64,000 bases of DNA from a bacterium. GTDB lineage: Bacteria > Bacteroidota > Ignavibacteria > Kapaibacteriales > UBA2268. Location of the stretch: positions 27,636 through 91,635 of the forward strand of contig JBAXXL010000007.1 of the NCBI GenBank assembly GCA_037127915.1, in the 5' to 3' direction. A model generated the notes under the pieces. The model did not search any database and was not told the DNA's origin. It saw nothing but the letters and a program-made list of their open reading frames with translations. A program made the position numbers and the translations under genes. Shown piece after piece: positions 1 to 8,986 of this stretch; within the stretch, counting starts at the first letter, position 1, and each line of letters begins with the position of its first letter.

Positions 1-2097
1 TAATGTAGGATTAAATACCAAATCGGTTTGGATTGATGTTACTCCTGACAAATCTAAATTATTGCCGTTCTTCAATTTAACAGGAATGTTAATTGTGTCG
101 CCGGCATAAGCACTTAAAGTATCTGTCGTAATTAATGCGGATGCATAAGAAGGAACACCCGTTACTATAGTTTCGTAAGTAATACTACAAGGTTCAACCA
201 AAAATTGCAATGTATTGGAATGAGTTATATTATCAGTTGGTGCATAGTGTAAAGTTATATTTTTAATTTCATTAGGCGGTATTGTTAAAGGAAAAGGATT
301 GCCGACAATTGAAAACGGAGCAGTTATTATAGGAGGATTTTGAATTGTCACTGTCCTATTGCTCTTATTCTCGATTGCTAAAATTCCGTCTTTATTTTGT
401 CCAACTAAGCTGGCTATTGTAATTTCAGGTGCATCAAGTATAGGTGTCTGAACAATACCTGATATCGCAAAGGACTTAGTATATCCACATATTGAATCGG
501 TTACAGTTATATTGCCGGTGAACGGACCAAGCGCGACTAGAGAATTGATTGAAAATGATATATTAGCGGCTTCACTTGGATTAAGTACAAATTTATCTGT
601 TGATAGAGTTACGCTTGACGAAGGAGATAATTTGCCATAGAATTTCAATTTACCTATATTTTCAATTTTAAGTATCGAATCTATGGTCGAATTTGGACAG
701 ACATAACCTACATCGATGTTTTCAACACTCAATTCCTGATCGACTATTTCGCCAATTATCTGCACTACCTGAATATAGCCGCAAACAGAATCAACTATAC
801 TAATATTTTCAGTGAAAGGTCCCGGTGCCGCTCCACCTTTGTACGATATATTTATATCTTCTTTATTTCCAATACCCAACGAAACATTGTCTTTATTATA
901 AACCAAATTTGGGTTTACTGTTAATGAAGCACCCGATTTCAATGTACCTGAATTAATTATAGTTATAACTGTATCTTTAACCTCGTTAGCACAAAGGTAA
1001 CCAAGGTTATAAGTATAGTGTTCAGGAGTAATCGAAACAGTATCTTTTTTAGCTGAAATAGGAATTTTCAAAACTGAATCAGGATCGGCATTGCTTATTA
1101 CTTCCAAATCAATAGATTTAGTTCCAACAGAAGTTGGTTTGAATTGAAGCGATATTTCTTTAACGCTATCCTTCTCTATTGTAATTGGATAAGTTTCATT
1201 TACAACAAATTGGTTCGCATCAACGCCGATTTTATTTATTTCTGAGATCACCAAAGGCAATCCACCTCTATTTGTGATTTTCACTTTAGTTTCAACAATT
1301 GATACGCAGGCTATATCGGGAAATGGATCAGTATCAGATAAAATTTTTGGTTTCAATTCAATACCTTCGCCATATAGCTGTACAACCGCGGGACTTCCTA
1401 ATCCATTATAATGGAACTCTAATAGCCCGCTGGTTCTGCCGGGTGACGATGGCGCAAAGCGCAAATCCATTTTACAAACTGCACCGGCATTAAGCGTAAA
1501 ATTGCCCCCACCTGCAAGGGTAGTAAAATCAACATCATTCGGCTTGTTGTGGTTTGTGCCTGTTATAACAAGCGGAGATGTTCCGATATTTTTGATAGTT
1601 ACCGCTTGAAGTGTATCGTGTTTACTTCCAACATTAATCACGCCAAAGTCTATTAAATCGTTAATCACTTGTAGTTGCGGTTGTACACCAACACCCGTAA
1701 TTTTCTGAATCAATGTATCGGATTGGGTAATAATAACCACTTCGGCTGTATGGAGACCAATTCTTGACGGTACAAAGTGAAATTCTCCAGCGTGAAACTC
1801 ACCCACCAGAACAGTATATACCGGCATTCCTGAAACAAGTCCGAAAGCCGATGCATCCGCACCACGAAAATAAATTGAATCCACGCGGCACTTCCAAGCA
1901 CCGGTATTTCGAACGAATGTGGTTATTAACGAATCTCTTCCTTCACCCAAAAGACATTGCTTCATATCAATATCCTGGCTTGCCGCTGTAGGCATAACGA
2001 TTGTCCAGACAGCATCGGATTTGTCGGATTGGGTTTGTGCATTAGTTGTGCTGATTATCGCAACTAAAAGCAGAGCAATTACTAATAAAGTTTTCAT
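1..2097 (-). CDS. Partial (C-terminal part lies off-window) large secreted protein, paralogous to the C-terminal half of the 1476-aa array protein: signal peptide MKTLLVIALLLVAIISTTNA followed by Ig-like/ASH-type repeat domains
   Basis: Translated by hand from the reverse strand: ATG at 2095-2097 gives MKTLLVIALLLVAIISTTNAQTQSDKSDAVWTIVMPTAASQDIDMKQCLLGEGRDSLIT..., clearly homologous to residues about 880-1080 of the 17708..22138 product (VNDINMKTCLVRSIKDSIVTDFIKNVGNLPFTVDSIYFRGTD...). The ORF runs to the window edge with no stop, which is why it is absent from the ORF track. Confidence 0.6.
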   Translation of the reverse strand, partial: MKTLLVIALLLVAIISTTNAQTQSDKSDAVWTIVMPTAASQDIDMKQCLLGEGRDSLITTFVRNTGAWKCRVDSIYFRGADASAFGLVSGMPVYTVLVGEFHAGEFHFVPSRIGLHTAEVVIITQSDTLIQKITGVGVQPQLQVINDLIDFGVINVGSKHDTLQAVTIKNIGTSPLVITGTNHNKPNDVDFTTLAGGGNFTLNAGAVCKMDLRFAPSSPGRTSGLLEFHYNGLGSPAVVQLYGEGIELKPKILSDTDPFPDIACVSIVETKVKITNRGGLPLVISEINKIGVDANQFVVNETYPITIEKDSVKEISLQFKPTSVGTKSIDLEVISNADPDSVLKIPISAKKDTVSITPEHYTYNLGYLCANEVKDTVITIINSGTLKSGASLTVNPNLVYNKDNVSLGIGNKEDINISYKGGAAPGPFTENISIVDSVCGYIQVVQIIGEIVDQELSVENIDVGYVCPNSTIDSILKIENIGKLKFYGKLSPSSSVTLSTDKFVLNPSEAANISFSINSLVALGPFTGNITVTDSICGYTKSFAISGIVQTPILDAPEITIASLVGQNKDGILAIENKSNRTVTIQNPPIITAPFSIVGNPFPLTIPPNEIKNITLHYAPTDNITHSNTLQFLVEPCSITYETIVTGVPSYASALITTDTLSAYAGDTINIPVKLKNGNNLDLSGVTSIQTDLVFNPTL

Positions 2098-2136
2098 AAC
2101 ACCATCTCTATATTTAATTTTCTTTTTTTCTTCTTT

Positions 2137-2169
2137 ACTCATCCGCTGACTGCCAGTCATCGGATGAGT
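2137..2169. promoter_or_regulatory. Long palindromic element ACTCATCCGCTGACTGCCAGTCATCGGATGAGT in the 5-prime region of the partial first paralog
   Basis: 16-bp arms with one mismatch. Related elements at 11048..11062, 17667..17699, 22223..22255 and, as a terminator stem, 29169..29195. Confidence 0.5.
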
Positions 2170-2213
2170 TAATTTATATTTATTATTATTTAATTTCATT
2201 TTTAAAACCTCAT

Positions 2214-4241
2214 TTAATCCCTAAGACAACGGACAGAGAACCCATTCTCCTTAATACCGTAGTACCTTACAAGAGCGGAAAGATTATAATTCAGACTCCT
2301 GCCCCAAGCAGTCGTAGTAACGCTCTCAGTAGAGCTCCACCAGTAACCGAAGCCTCCAACATCATTGAAAATACCATTGTGATAGCGATAGCCGCCCGGG
2401 AGAGCTGAAAAGCCACTTTCATTTGTAGCTCCTGTATTAGGATTAGACCATAGACCATCACCAAATTCAATTGTGCCTGTTGCTTTTAATTTTCCTCCGG
2501 CAATATTGTCCCCACCTAAACAGTCGGATAATACTGCCCATTCCGCATAGCTTGGCATATGCCAACCTGCAGGAGCTAAGCCACGCGGGTCATTTACTGC
2601 GTACCAATTGTAAAGTTTGCCGTAAGTAGCACCCATTTCTGGGTCATTATTATAAAAGCACCACGCTCCAGTGGTCAATTTTGACCATTTTAAAGAATCT
2701 CTAACCTCAGGAATTGGAGTTCCATCGCGGTATGTATCAACATCCAAATTACACCCCATCCATATTTGGTTTCCAATTTTAACATCTGGACAAGTCTCAT
2801 AATAAACAGTTTTAGTTGTTACTCTTGCAAAGCATTGATTACTCGGAGTATTCGGAACACGCCATTGATAAGCTAATCCTGTTGCGTTTTGAGTAATTAG
2901 AATCCAATTCGCTCCATTGTCTGTGCTATATTCTATTTTAACTTTTTCTTCAGGTATTACGCCTTCCCAAGTGATTATTGTATCGTTACCTACAGCTAAT
3001 ATTTCACTACCATTCGGTTCGATTAGTTTTAAAGTCTGAATTTTTGCTTTTTTTCCCGAGAAACCACCACTCGCATAATAATATACAGGACATTTATCAT
3101 TCTCTAAAGTGAATTTTGTAAAAGAATACCCGCTATCCGCCGGCAAGTAACTTACAGTTAAGTTTATGCTCTGACCTGAAGTAAGTATAAAATTTGTTGG
3201 TGAAATAGAATACGCAGCATTGGTAGATGTAATATTTGTAACATTGAAATCTGCATTTCTGGCTGTTACGATAACTGTTGTATCTTTATTTATTCCGGGA
3301 TTGGCATTTAAAAATTTAACTGATTTGGGTGAAAATTCTAATTTTGCTATTGAATTATCAGGTTGTTGATAGCTTGTATTTGAGATTAAATTTAATGATG
3401 TTATCTTTACTTCGACATTTGTTATACCAGCTTTGCAGGTAATCCCGCTTTGCCATTCGATTTGGCAGGGAACGCCACCTTGGGCCATCTGCAATAAATT
3501 CAAATAGGTTAACCGCGCTTCATCAATTGATGTTACATTCTCGAAATATTGTCCGCCTGTTTGTAATGCTATGTCTTTTAAACTTTGCGGAGTCGGCATA
3601 TTCAATGTTACTACATAAACAGTTACATTCTGAGCAAGTGCTTCAGAAATTATTTTTGATGTTAGAGGTTCTTGATTGGGTTGCCCATCCGAGAGAAACA
3701 CAATAACTCTTTTATACTTTGCATTTTGAGTAATTAGTAATCCGCCTGCCATAGAATTCAGCATCGCCGCATCATAATCTGTGCCACCACCGGCAAAAAG
3801 AGAATTTGCTTTTTGTAACAAAAGGGTTCTATCAGTTGTAAAATCCTGAATTAGATAGTTTCGAGAATTAAATGCAGTAATGGCACATTCGCTCTTTCCC
3901 AGTGGTAAACATTCAATCCAAGCTTTTGCCGCCGATTTTGCTAAATTCAAATTACCGGCACCCATTGAACCAGAAGCATCCATAACAAGTACACTCGATA
4001 ATGCTATTGGTGGTTTAGGGCTTGGGCAACTCACATTGGTAATAGTTCTCGGCTGTCCATTTTCAGTTATATTAAAATCAGAATTTGAGAGATTGGTGAT
4101 TTGATTTCCAGCGGCATCGAAAGCATAAAGATTTGCTTTGATGGTTGGAAATGCCGAAGCGTCAACATTAAAAACAGATAAACTCTGGCTATATGCTGTA
4201 TAGCAGAGGAAAAATATAATTATGTAGATGATTCTTTTCAT
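2214..4241 (-). CDS. Array paralog 1 (VWA subtype A): signal peptide, N-terminal module, VWA domain (DASGSM MIDAS), Ig-like domains, PNGGE/ITWEG beta-sandwich, C-terminal FISUMP domain (TIGR02145-like)
   Basis: 675-aa ORF. N-terminus MKRIIYIIIFFLCYTAYSQ is a signal peptide. VLVMDASGSM...VIVFLSDGQPN is a VWA/MIDAS signature. The C-terminus IWMGCNLDVD...KLYNWYAVND..GLAP.GWH.PS..EW..L...GG....GKLK.TG....W..PNTGATNESGFSALPGGYR...YWWSS...GFSVRCLRD matches the Fibrobacter succinogenes major paralogous domain pattern. Confidence 0.85.
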   Translation of the reverse strand: MKRIIYIIIFFLCYTAYSQSLSVFNVDASAFPTIKANLYAFDAAGNQITNLSNSDFNITENGQPRTITNVSCPSPKPPIALSSVLVMDASGSMGAGNLNLAKSAAKAWIECLPLGKSECAITAFNSRNYLIQDFTTDRTLLLQKANSLFAGGGTDYDAAMLNSMAGGLLITQNAKYKRVIVFLSDGQPNQEPLTSKIISEALAQNVTVYVVTLNMPTPQSLKDIALQTGGQYFENVTSIDEARLTYLNLLQMAQGGVPCQIEWQSGITCKAGITNVEVKITSLNLISNTSYQQPDNSIAKLEFSPKSVKFLNANPGINKDTTVIVTARNADFNVTNITSTNAAYSISPTNFILTSGQSINLTVSYLPADSGYSFTKFTLENDKCPVYYYASGGFSGKKAKIQTLKLIEPNGSEILAVGNDTIITWEGVIPEEKVKIEYSTDNGANWILITQNATGLAYQWRVPNTPSNQCFARVTTKTVYYETCPDVKIGNQIWMGCNLDVDTYRDGTPIPEVRDSLKWSKLTTGAWCFYNNDPEMGATYGKLYNWYAVNDPRGLAPAGWHMPSYAEWAVLSDCLGGDNIAGGKLKATGTIEFGDGLWSNPNTGATNESGFSALPGGYRYHNGIFNDVGGFGYWWSSTESVTTTAWGRSLNYNLSALVRYYGIKENGFSVRCLRD

Positions 4242-4462
4242 AAAAACCTTTTCTTTTCTTTTAATGCTAGTGCTAAATTATCATAATTTTATATATTAAA
4301 CAAATATTTCTTTATATCTATTTCGGCTAAAGCCGATTAAAACTTTTTTATCTTTTTCCACGACTTAAAAGTCGTGGCAACTAATTTCTTTCTATCTTTT
4401 TCTTCTTCTACTACTCTCTTATCTTCTTCTATTTAAAAACTTTACAAACTTTACGAACTCAT
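4242..4462 (-). repeat. Conserved inter-paralog spacer, copy 1. Read on the minus strand it is: stop codon, (ACTTTRYRA)n short tandem repeats, TCTTC-rich microsatellite, hairpin CCACGACTTAAAAGTCGTGG (4358..4377), hairpin TCGGCTAAAGCCGA (4323..4336), AT-rich promoter region, then the start of the next paralog
   Basis: Near-identical at the nucleotide level to 6533..6741 and 8791..8986 and largely to 11000..11212. Confidence 0.8.
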
Positions 4463-6532
4463 TTAATCAGTTACACAACGAACAGAGAAACCATATTCCT
4501 TATAATATGCGCCATTGTGAAGAGCCGTAAAATTACAATCCAAGTAAAAGCCATTTGCACTATCGGTATCCTTCTCATCAGAAGTCCACCACATTCCGAG
4601 GTATCCAGCATAGTCGAAAGTTCCATTGATATAACGGAGGCTCCCCGGGATAGCGGAAAAGCCGCTTTCGTTTGTAGCGCCGGTATTAGGAAAATCCCAT
4701 AAACCATCACCTTCGGATTTGGTTCCGGTGCTTTTTAATTTACCACCTCCTTCATCACCTACACATGCATATAATTTAGACCATTCTGCAACGGAGGATA
4801 TATGCCAACCTACTGGTGCTAAACCACGCGAATCATTAACTGCATACCAATTATATAATTTGCCATAGATTTTACCCATAGCAGGATCATTCCTGTAATA
4901 GCACCACGCGCCGGTGGTTAATTTTGACCATTGTGTTGAATCTCTAACCTCAGGTATTGAATCACCGTTACGGTAATGATCAACATCCAAATTACATCCC
5001 ATCCAAATTTGGTCACATATTTGAACATCTCCAATATCGCATCCCAAATACTCATATCCAAGTTTTGTAGTTACTCTTGCCAAGCACTGATTACTTGGTG
5101 TTTTTGGGATTTTCCAATTATAACTTAATCCTGTTGCAGAGTCTGCTATTGTTAGCCAATCCGTACCGTTATTCGTTGAATATTCCAACTTTACTTTTTC
5201 TTCGGGTATTACTCCTTCCCAAGTTATTACAGTGTCGTTTCCAACTGCTAAAACTTCCCCACCGTTCGGTTGAATGAGTTGTAATGTTTGTAATTTTGGT
5301 TTTTTTCCGGGAAATCCTCCGCTAGCAAAATAATTTGCTGTGCATACATCGTTCTCAAAAACAAATTTTGTATAAGTATAACCACTATCCACTGGAATAA
5401 ATCTTATCGTTAAATTTGTGCTTTGACCTGAATTTAAAACAAAGTTATATGGAGTAATAGTAAAAGCCGGATTTGAACTTGTAACGTTATTTATATTATA
5501 ATAAGAATTGACTGCTTTTATGCTGATATTTATATCTCTTGGAACTCCCGGTAAGGCATTAAGTATTTTTACCGATGAAGGAGAAAATTCTAATTTGGCA
5601 ACTGAATTGTTTGGTGATGGGTAGTCGAATCGTGCAATCAGTTTATTTGGTATTAACTTTATATTTACATTCGTAATGCCTGATATACAAGAGGCTTTGC
5701 TTTTCCATTGGATTTGGCAGGGACCGCTACCTTGGGCTTGCGCTTGTATGCGATTCGCTAAATCCTCAGCGGCAATTTTACTTGTGATACCATCGTATAA
5801 AAAACCTCCGGTTGCATCGGCTAATAATTGTAATGATTTCTTTATTCCGTTTGGTTCAGCTTCAGGTCTTGAATAAATTACTGCGTAAAATTGAATATTA
5901 TATTTGGAACAAGTATCTTTACACGCTTGAAGTTCGTTTTCACCTAGAGCAAACCACCAAGCATCGGTATATAGAATTGCCACTCGCTTGTATTGTCCTT
6001 TTTTCGCAATATTTAACAAACCTGCTAATGGATTTAATAAGTGTTCAACAAAATCATTATCACCATTAGCTATAATTGGTAATATTTTTGATAATAACAG
6101 CACCCTATTCGTTGTGAAATCTTGGACAATCAACGCTTGGTCGTTGCAAGTTTGTAAAGCGAATTCTGAAGGCGGCATAGGAATATTTTTACAAAGTTCT
6201 CTGGAAGTCGTTTTACCAAGTTCAACAGGAATTTCACCCGATAAACCTCCCCGCATAGATCCTGACACATCAATACTCATGGCTATTGAAACCTTTAACG
6301 AAGGATTAGGCTCAGGGCAACTCGTATTAGTTACAGTTCTTGACTGCCCATTTTCAGTTATGCTAAAATCAGAATTGGAGAAGTTTATGATTTGATTCCC
6401 AGACCCATCAAAAGCAAAGAAATTTGCTTTGATGGTAGGAAATTCCGAAGCATCAACATTAAATACAGATAAACTCTGGCTATATGCTGTATAGCAGAGA
6501 AAAAATATAATTATGTAAATGATTCTTTTCAT
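4463..6532 (-). CDS. Array paralog 2 (VWA subtype B variant): same architecture, C-terminal FISUMP domain
   Basis: 689-aa ORF. The first 40 aa are nearly identical to paralogs 1 and 3 at the nucleotide level. Middle region IAMSIDVSGSM...KRVAILYTDAWW is a divergent VWA-like domain; the C-terminus ends GFSVRCVTD. Confidence 0.85.
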   Translation of the reverse strand: MKRIIYIIIFFLCYTAYSQSLSVFNVDASEFPTIKANFFAFDGSGNQIINFSNSDFSITENGQSRTVTNTSCPEPNPSLKVSIAMSIDVSGSMRGGLSGEIPVELGKTTSRELCKNIPMPPSEFALQTCNDQALIVQDFTTNRVLLLSKILPIIANGDNDFVEHLLNPLAGLLNIAKKGQYKRVAILYTDAWWFALGENELQACKDTCSKYNIQFYAVIYSRPEAEPNGIKKSLQLLADATGGFLYDGITSKIAAEDLANRIQAQAQGSGPCQIQWKSKASCISGITNVNIKLIPNKLIARFDYPSPNNSVAKLEFSPSSVKILNALPGVPRDINISIKAVNSYYNINNVTSSNPAFTITPYNFVLNSGQSTNLTIRFIPVDSGYTYTKFVFENDVCTANYFASGGFPGKKPKLQTLQLIQPNGGEVLAVGNDTVITWEGVIPEEKVKLEYSTNNGTDWLTIADSATGLSYNWKIPKTPSNQCLARVTTKLGYEYLGCDIGDVQICDQIWMGCNLDVDHYRNGDSIPEVRDSTQWSKLTTGAWCYYRNDPAMGKIYGKLYNWYAVNDSRGLAPVGWHISSVAEWSKLYACVGDEGGGKLKSTGTKSEGDGLWDFPNTGATNESGFSAIPGSLRYINGTFDYAGYLGMWWTSDEKDTDSANGFYLDCNFTALHNGAYYKEYGFSVRCVTD

Positions 6533-6741
6533 AAAACCTTTTCTTTTCTTTTAATGCTAATGCTAAATTATCATAATTTTATATATTAAACAAATATTTC
6601 TTTATATCTATTTCGGCTAAAGCCTATTAAAAACTTTTTTCTATTTTTTCCACGACTTAAAAGTCGTGGCAATTAATTTTTTCTATCTTCTTCTTCTTCT
6701 CTTTATGAACTTTAAAAACTTTATAAACTTTATAAACTAAT
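6533..6741 (-). repeat. Conserved inter-paralog spacer, copy 2 (hairpin CCACGACTTAAAAGTCGTGG at 6650..6669; the second hairpin is disrupted by a point change, AGCCTA)
   Basis: Alignment by eye with 4242..4462. Confidence 0.8.
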
Positions 6742-8790
6742 TTAATCCCTTATACAGCGAACGGCGAAGCCAATTTCTTTTCTATCAATATACTTGTTAA
6801 TATATGAGTAATAATAATCCAGTCCTCTAATCCATGCATATCCGGTATTGTACTCAGTATTGCTCCACCAGTAACCGAGATAAGCCATATTATAGAATAA
6901 CCCATTGTTTCCGCGGTAACCGCCAGGAAGAGCCGAAAATCCAAATGCATTTGTGGCGCCTTCATTAGGACTATGCCATAAACCATCTCCCGCTTCAATT
7001 GTACCGGTACTTTTCAATTTACCGCCGGCTGTAGTTGATCCTCCAAGACAATTTTCTAATTCAGTCCATTCTGCTTCGGTAGGAATATGCCAGCCATAAG
7101 GAGCCAAACCCCTTGGATCGTTCACTGCATACCAATTGTAAAGTTTTCCATAAATTGCACCCAAAGACGTGTCATTATTATAATAACACCATGCACCTGA
7201 TCTTAGATTTGCCCATATTGTTGAATCAGTAACTTCTGGGATTGGTGTGCCATCACGATATTTATCTACATCTAAATTACAACCCATCCAAATTTGGTTA
7301 CATGTTTGGACATCAGGACAGGTAAATTCATAACCTATATTGGCAGTCACTCGTGCCAAGCATTCATTGCTCGGTGTCTTGGGGACACGCCAATTATAAG
7401 CCAATCCGGTTGCATTTTTTGCTACAAGAATCCAATTCAAACCATTATCAATACTATATTCAATATTGACTTTCTCTTCGGGTAATACTCCTTCCCAAGT
7501 TATTACGGTATCGTTTCCGACAGCAAAAAATTCACCACCATTTGGTTGAATGAGTTTTAAAGTCTGTATTTTTGGTTTCTTTCCAGGGAAACCTCCGCTC
7601 GCATAAAAATTGGTTGGGCAAATATTATTTTCAAATGCAAATTTTGCATATGTATAGCCACTGTCCAAAGGGAAATAACTTACTGTCAAATCTTTGCTTT
7701 CACCTGATTTAAGGAAAAAGTTTGTTGGTGTAATAGAATACGCTGTGTTTGTGCTTATTATATTTTGTACATTGAAATCAGCATACTTTGCTGTAACTGT
7801 AATGGTTGTATCTTTTTTTATACCGGGTTTTGCATTATTAAATTTAATAGACGATGGTATTATTTCCAGCTTAGCAACCGTCGAGTTTGGTGATTGATAG
7901 CTTGTGTATGATTTTAAATTATTTGGAATTAGTTTTAATTCTATATTAATTAATTCCGACACACAAGAAACTCCGCTTGTCCATTCTATCTGACATGGTT
8001 CGCCTCCTTGGACTTGCACCTGTATGCGATAAGCAATATCTTTCGCGGCGCTTAAACTCATTATACCATCGTAAAAATATCCGCCAGTGGCTTCGGCAAG
8101 TGATTGTAACGATTTTTTTATACCGTTTGGCTCCGCTTCCTGGTTAGAATAAATAACTGCGTAGAATTGAATACTAAATTTTTTACACGTATCAATACAT
8201 GCTTGGAGTTCACTTTGGTCCATTGCCTTCCACCAAGCATCAGTATATAAAACGGCAATTCGCTTGTTTTTTCCATTTTTTGCGATATTTAGCAAACCAT
8301 TTAATGGATTTAGTAAGTGCTCAACAAAATCATTTTCGCCGGTAGCTACAATTTGCGATATTTTTGATAACAACAATTCCTTGTTTGTTGTGAAATCCTG
8401 AATTATCAATGCTTTGTCGTTACAAGTTTGCAAGGCGAATTCTGATGGCGGCATAGGAACAGTATTACAAAGATCGCCGGCTGTTATTTTTCCGAGCTCA
8501 ACGGCAGTAGTCATAGAACCAGATACATCGATACTCATCGCTATTGAAACCTTTTGCGGCGTAATAGGATTAGGACAAATCACATTTGTAACCGTTCTCA
8601 ATTGGCCATTTTCTGTTATACTAAAATCAGAATTTGTTAGGTTTGCAATAGGCTTTCCTTTGACATCCAAAGCATAAAAATTTGCTTTGATAGTCGGAAA
8701 TGCAGAAGCGTCAACATTAAACAAAGATAAACTTTGGCTATATGCTGTATAACAGAGGAAAAATATTATTATGTAGATGATTCTTTTCAT
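6742..8790 (-). CDS. Array paralog 3 (VWA subtype B variant): same architecture, C-terminal FISUMP domain
   Basis: 682-aa ORF, MKRIIYIIIFFLCYTAYSQSLSLFNVDASAFPTIKANFYALD..., IAMSIDVSGSM, ending GFAVRCIRD. Confidence 0.85.
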   Translation of the reverse strand: MKRIIYIIIFFLCYTAYSQSLSLFNVDASAFPTIKANFYALDVKGKPIANLTNSDFSITENGQLRTVTNVICPNPITPQKVSIAMSIDVSGSMTTAVELGKITAGDLCNTVPMPPSEFALQTCNDKALIIQDFTTNKELLLSKISQIVATGENDFVEHLLNPLNGLLNIAKNGKNKRIAVLYTDAWWKAMDQSELQACIDTCKKFSIQFYAVIYSNQEAEPNGIKKSLQSLAEATGGYFYDGIMSLSAAKDIAYRIQVQVQGGEPCQIEWTSGVSCVSELINIELKLIPNNLKSYTSYQSPNSTVAKLEIIPSSIKFNNAKPGIKKDTTITVTAKYADFNVQNIISTNTAYSITPTNFFLKSGESKDLTVSYFPLDSGYTYAKFAFENNICPTNFYASGGFPGKKPKIQTLKLIQPNGGEFFAVGNDTVITWEGVLPEEKVNIEYSIDNGLNWILVAKNATGLAYNWRVPKTPSNECLARVTANIGYEFTCPDVQTCNQIWMGCNLDVDKYRDGTPIPEVTDSTIWANLRSGAWCYYNNDTSLGAIYGKLYNWYAVNDPRGLAPYGWHIPTEAEWTELENCLGGSTTAGGKLKSTGTIEAGDGLWHSPNEGATNAFGFSALPGGYRGNNGLFYNMAYLGYWWSNTEYNTGYAWIRGLDYYYSYINKYIDRKEIGFAVRCIRD

Positions 8791-8986
8791 AAAAACTTTT
8801 CGTTTCTTTTAATGCTAGTACTAAATTATCATAATTTTATATATTAAACAAATATTTCTTTATATCTATTTCGGCTAAAGCCGATTAAAACTTTCTTTTC
8901 TTTATCCACGACTTAAAAGTCGTGGATATTGATTTCTTTCTATCTTCTTCTTCTCTTTAAAAACTTTATGAACTTTACAAACTGAT
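8791..8986 (-). repeat. Conserved inter-paralog spacer, copy 3 (hairpins at 8871..8884 and 8906..8925)
   Basis: Alignment by eye with 4242..4462. Confidence 0.8.

Noticed and set aside
1299-2149. Small plus- and minus-strand ORFs in the first 2.1 kb (1299..1493, 1710..1901, 1764..1991, 1919..2149)
   Set aside because: All overlap the long uninterrupted minus-strand reading frame that is homologous to the 1476-aa protein. They are artefacts of that partial gene being missing from the ORF track.
4242-4462. Bacteroidetes-type promoter -7 element (TAnnTTTG) in the array spacers
   Set aside because: An ATATTTG tract is present upstream of each paralog, but it does not match the 8-mer consensus exactly. 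Without TSS data I do not call a promoter.
5988-6395. Plus-strand ORFs inside the paralog genes (5988..6395, 8414..8677, 13011..13250, 15152..15418, 21738..22055 and others) that share conserved peptides such as PFSVILKSEFERLVI
   Set aside because: They lie antisense to the conserved VWA-coding region of each paralog. Their similarity simply mirrors conservation of the sense-strand genes, and they have no start or RBS context. They are spurious.
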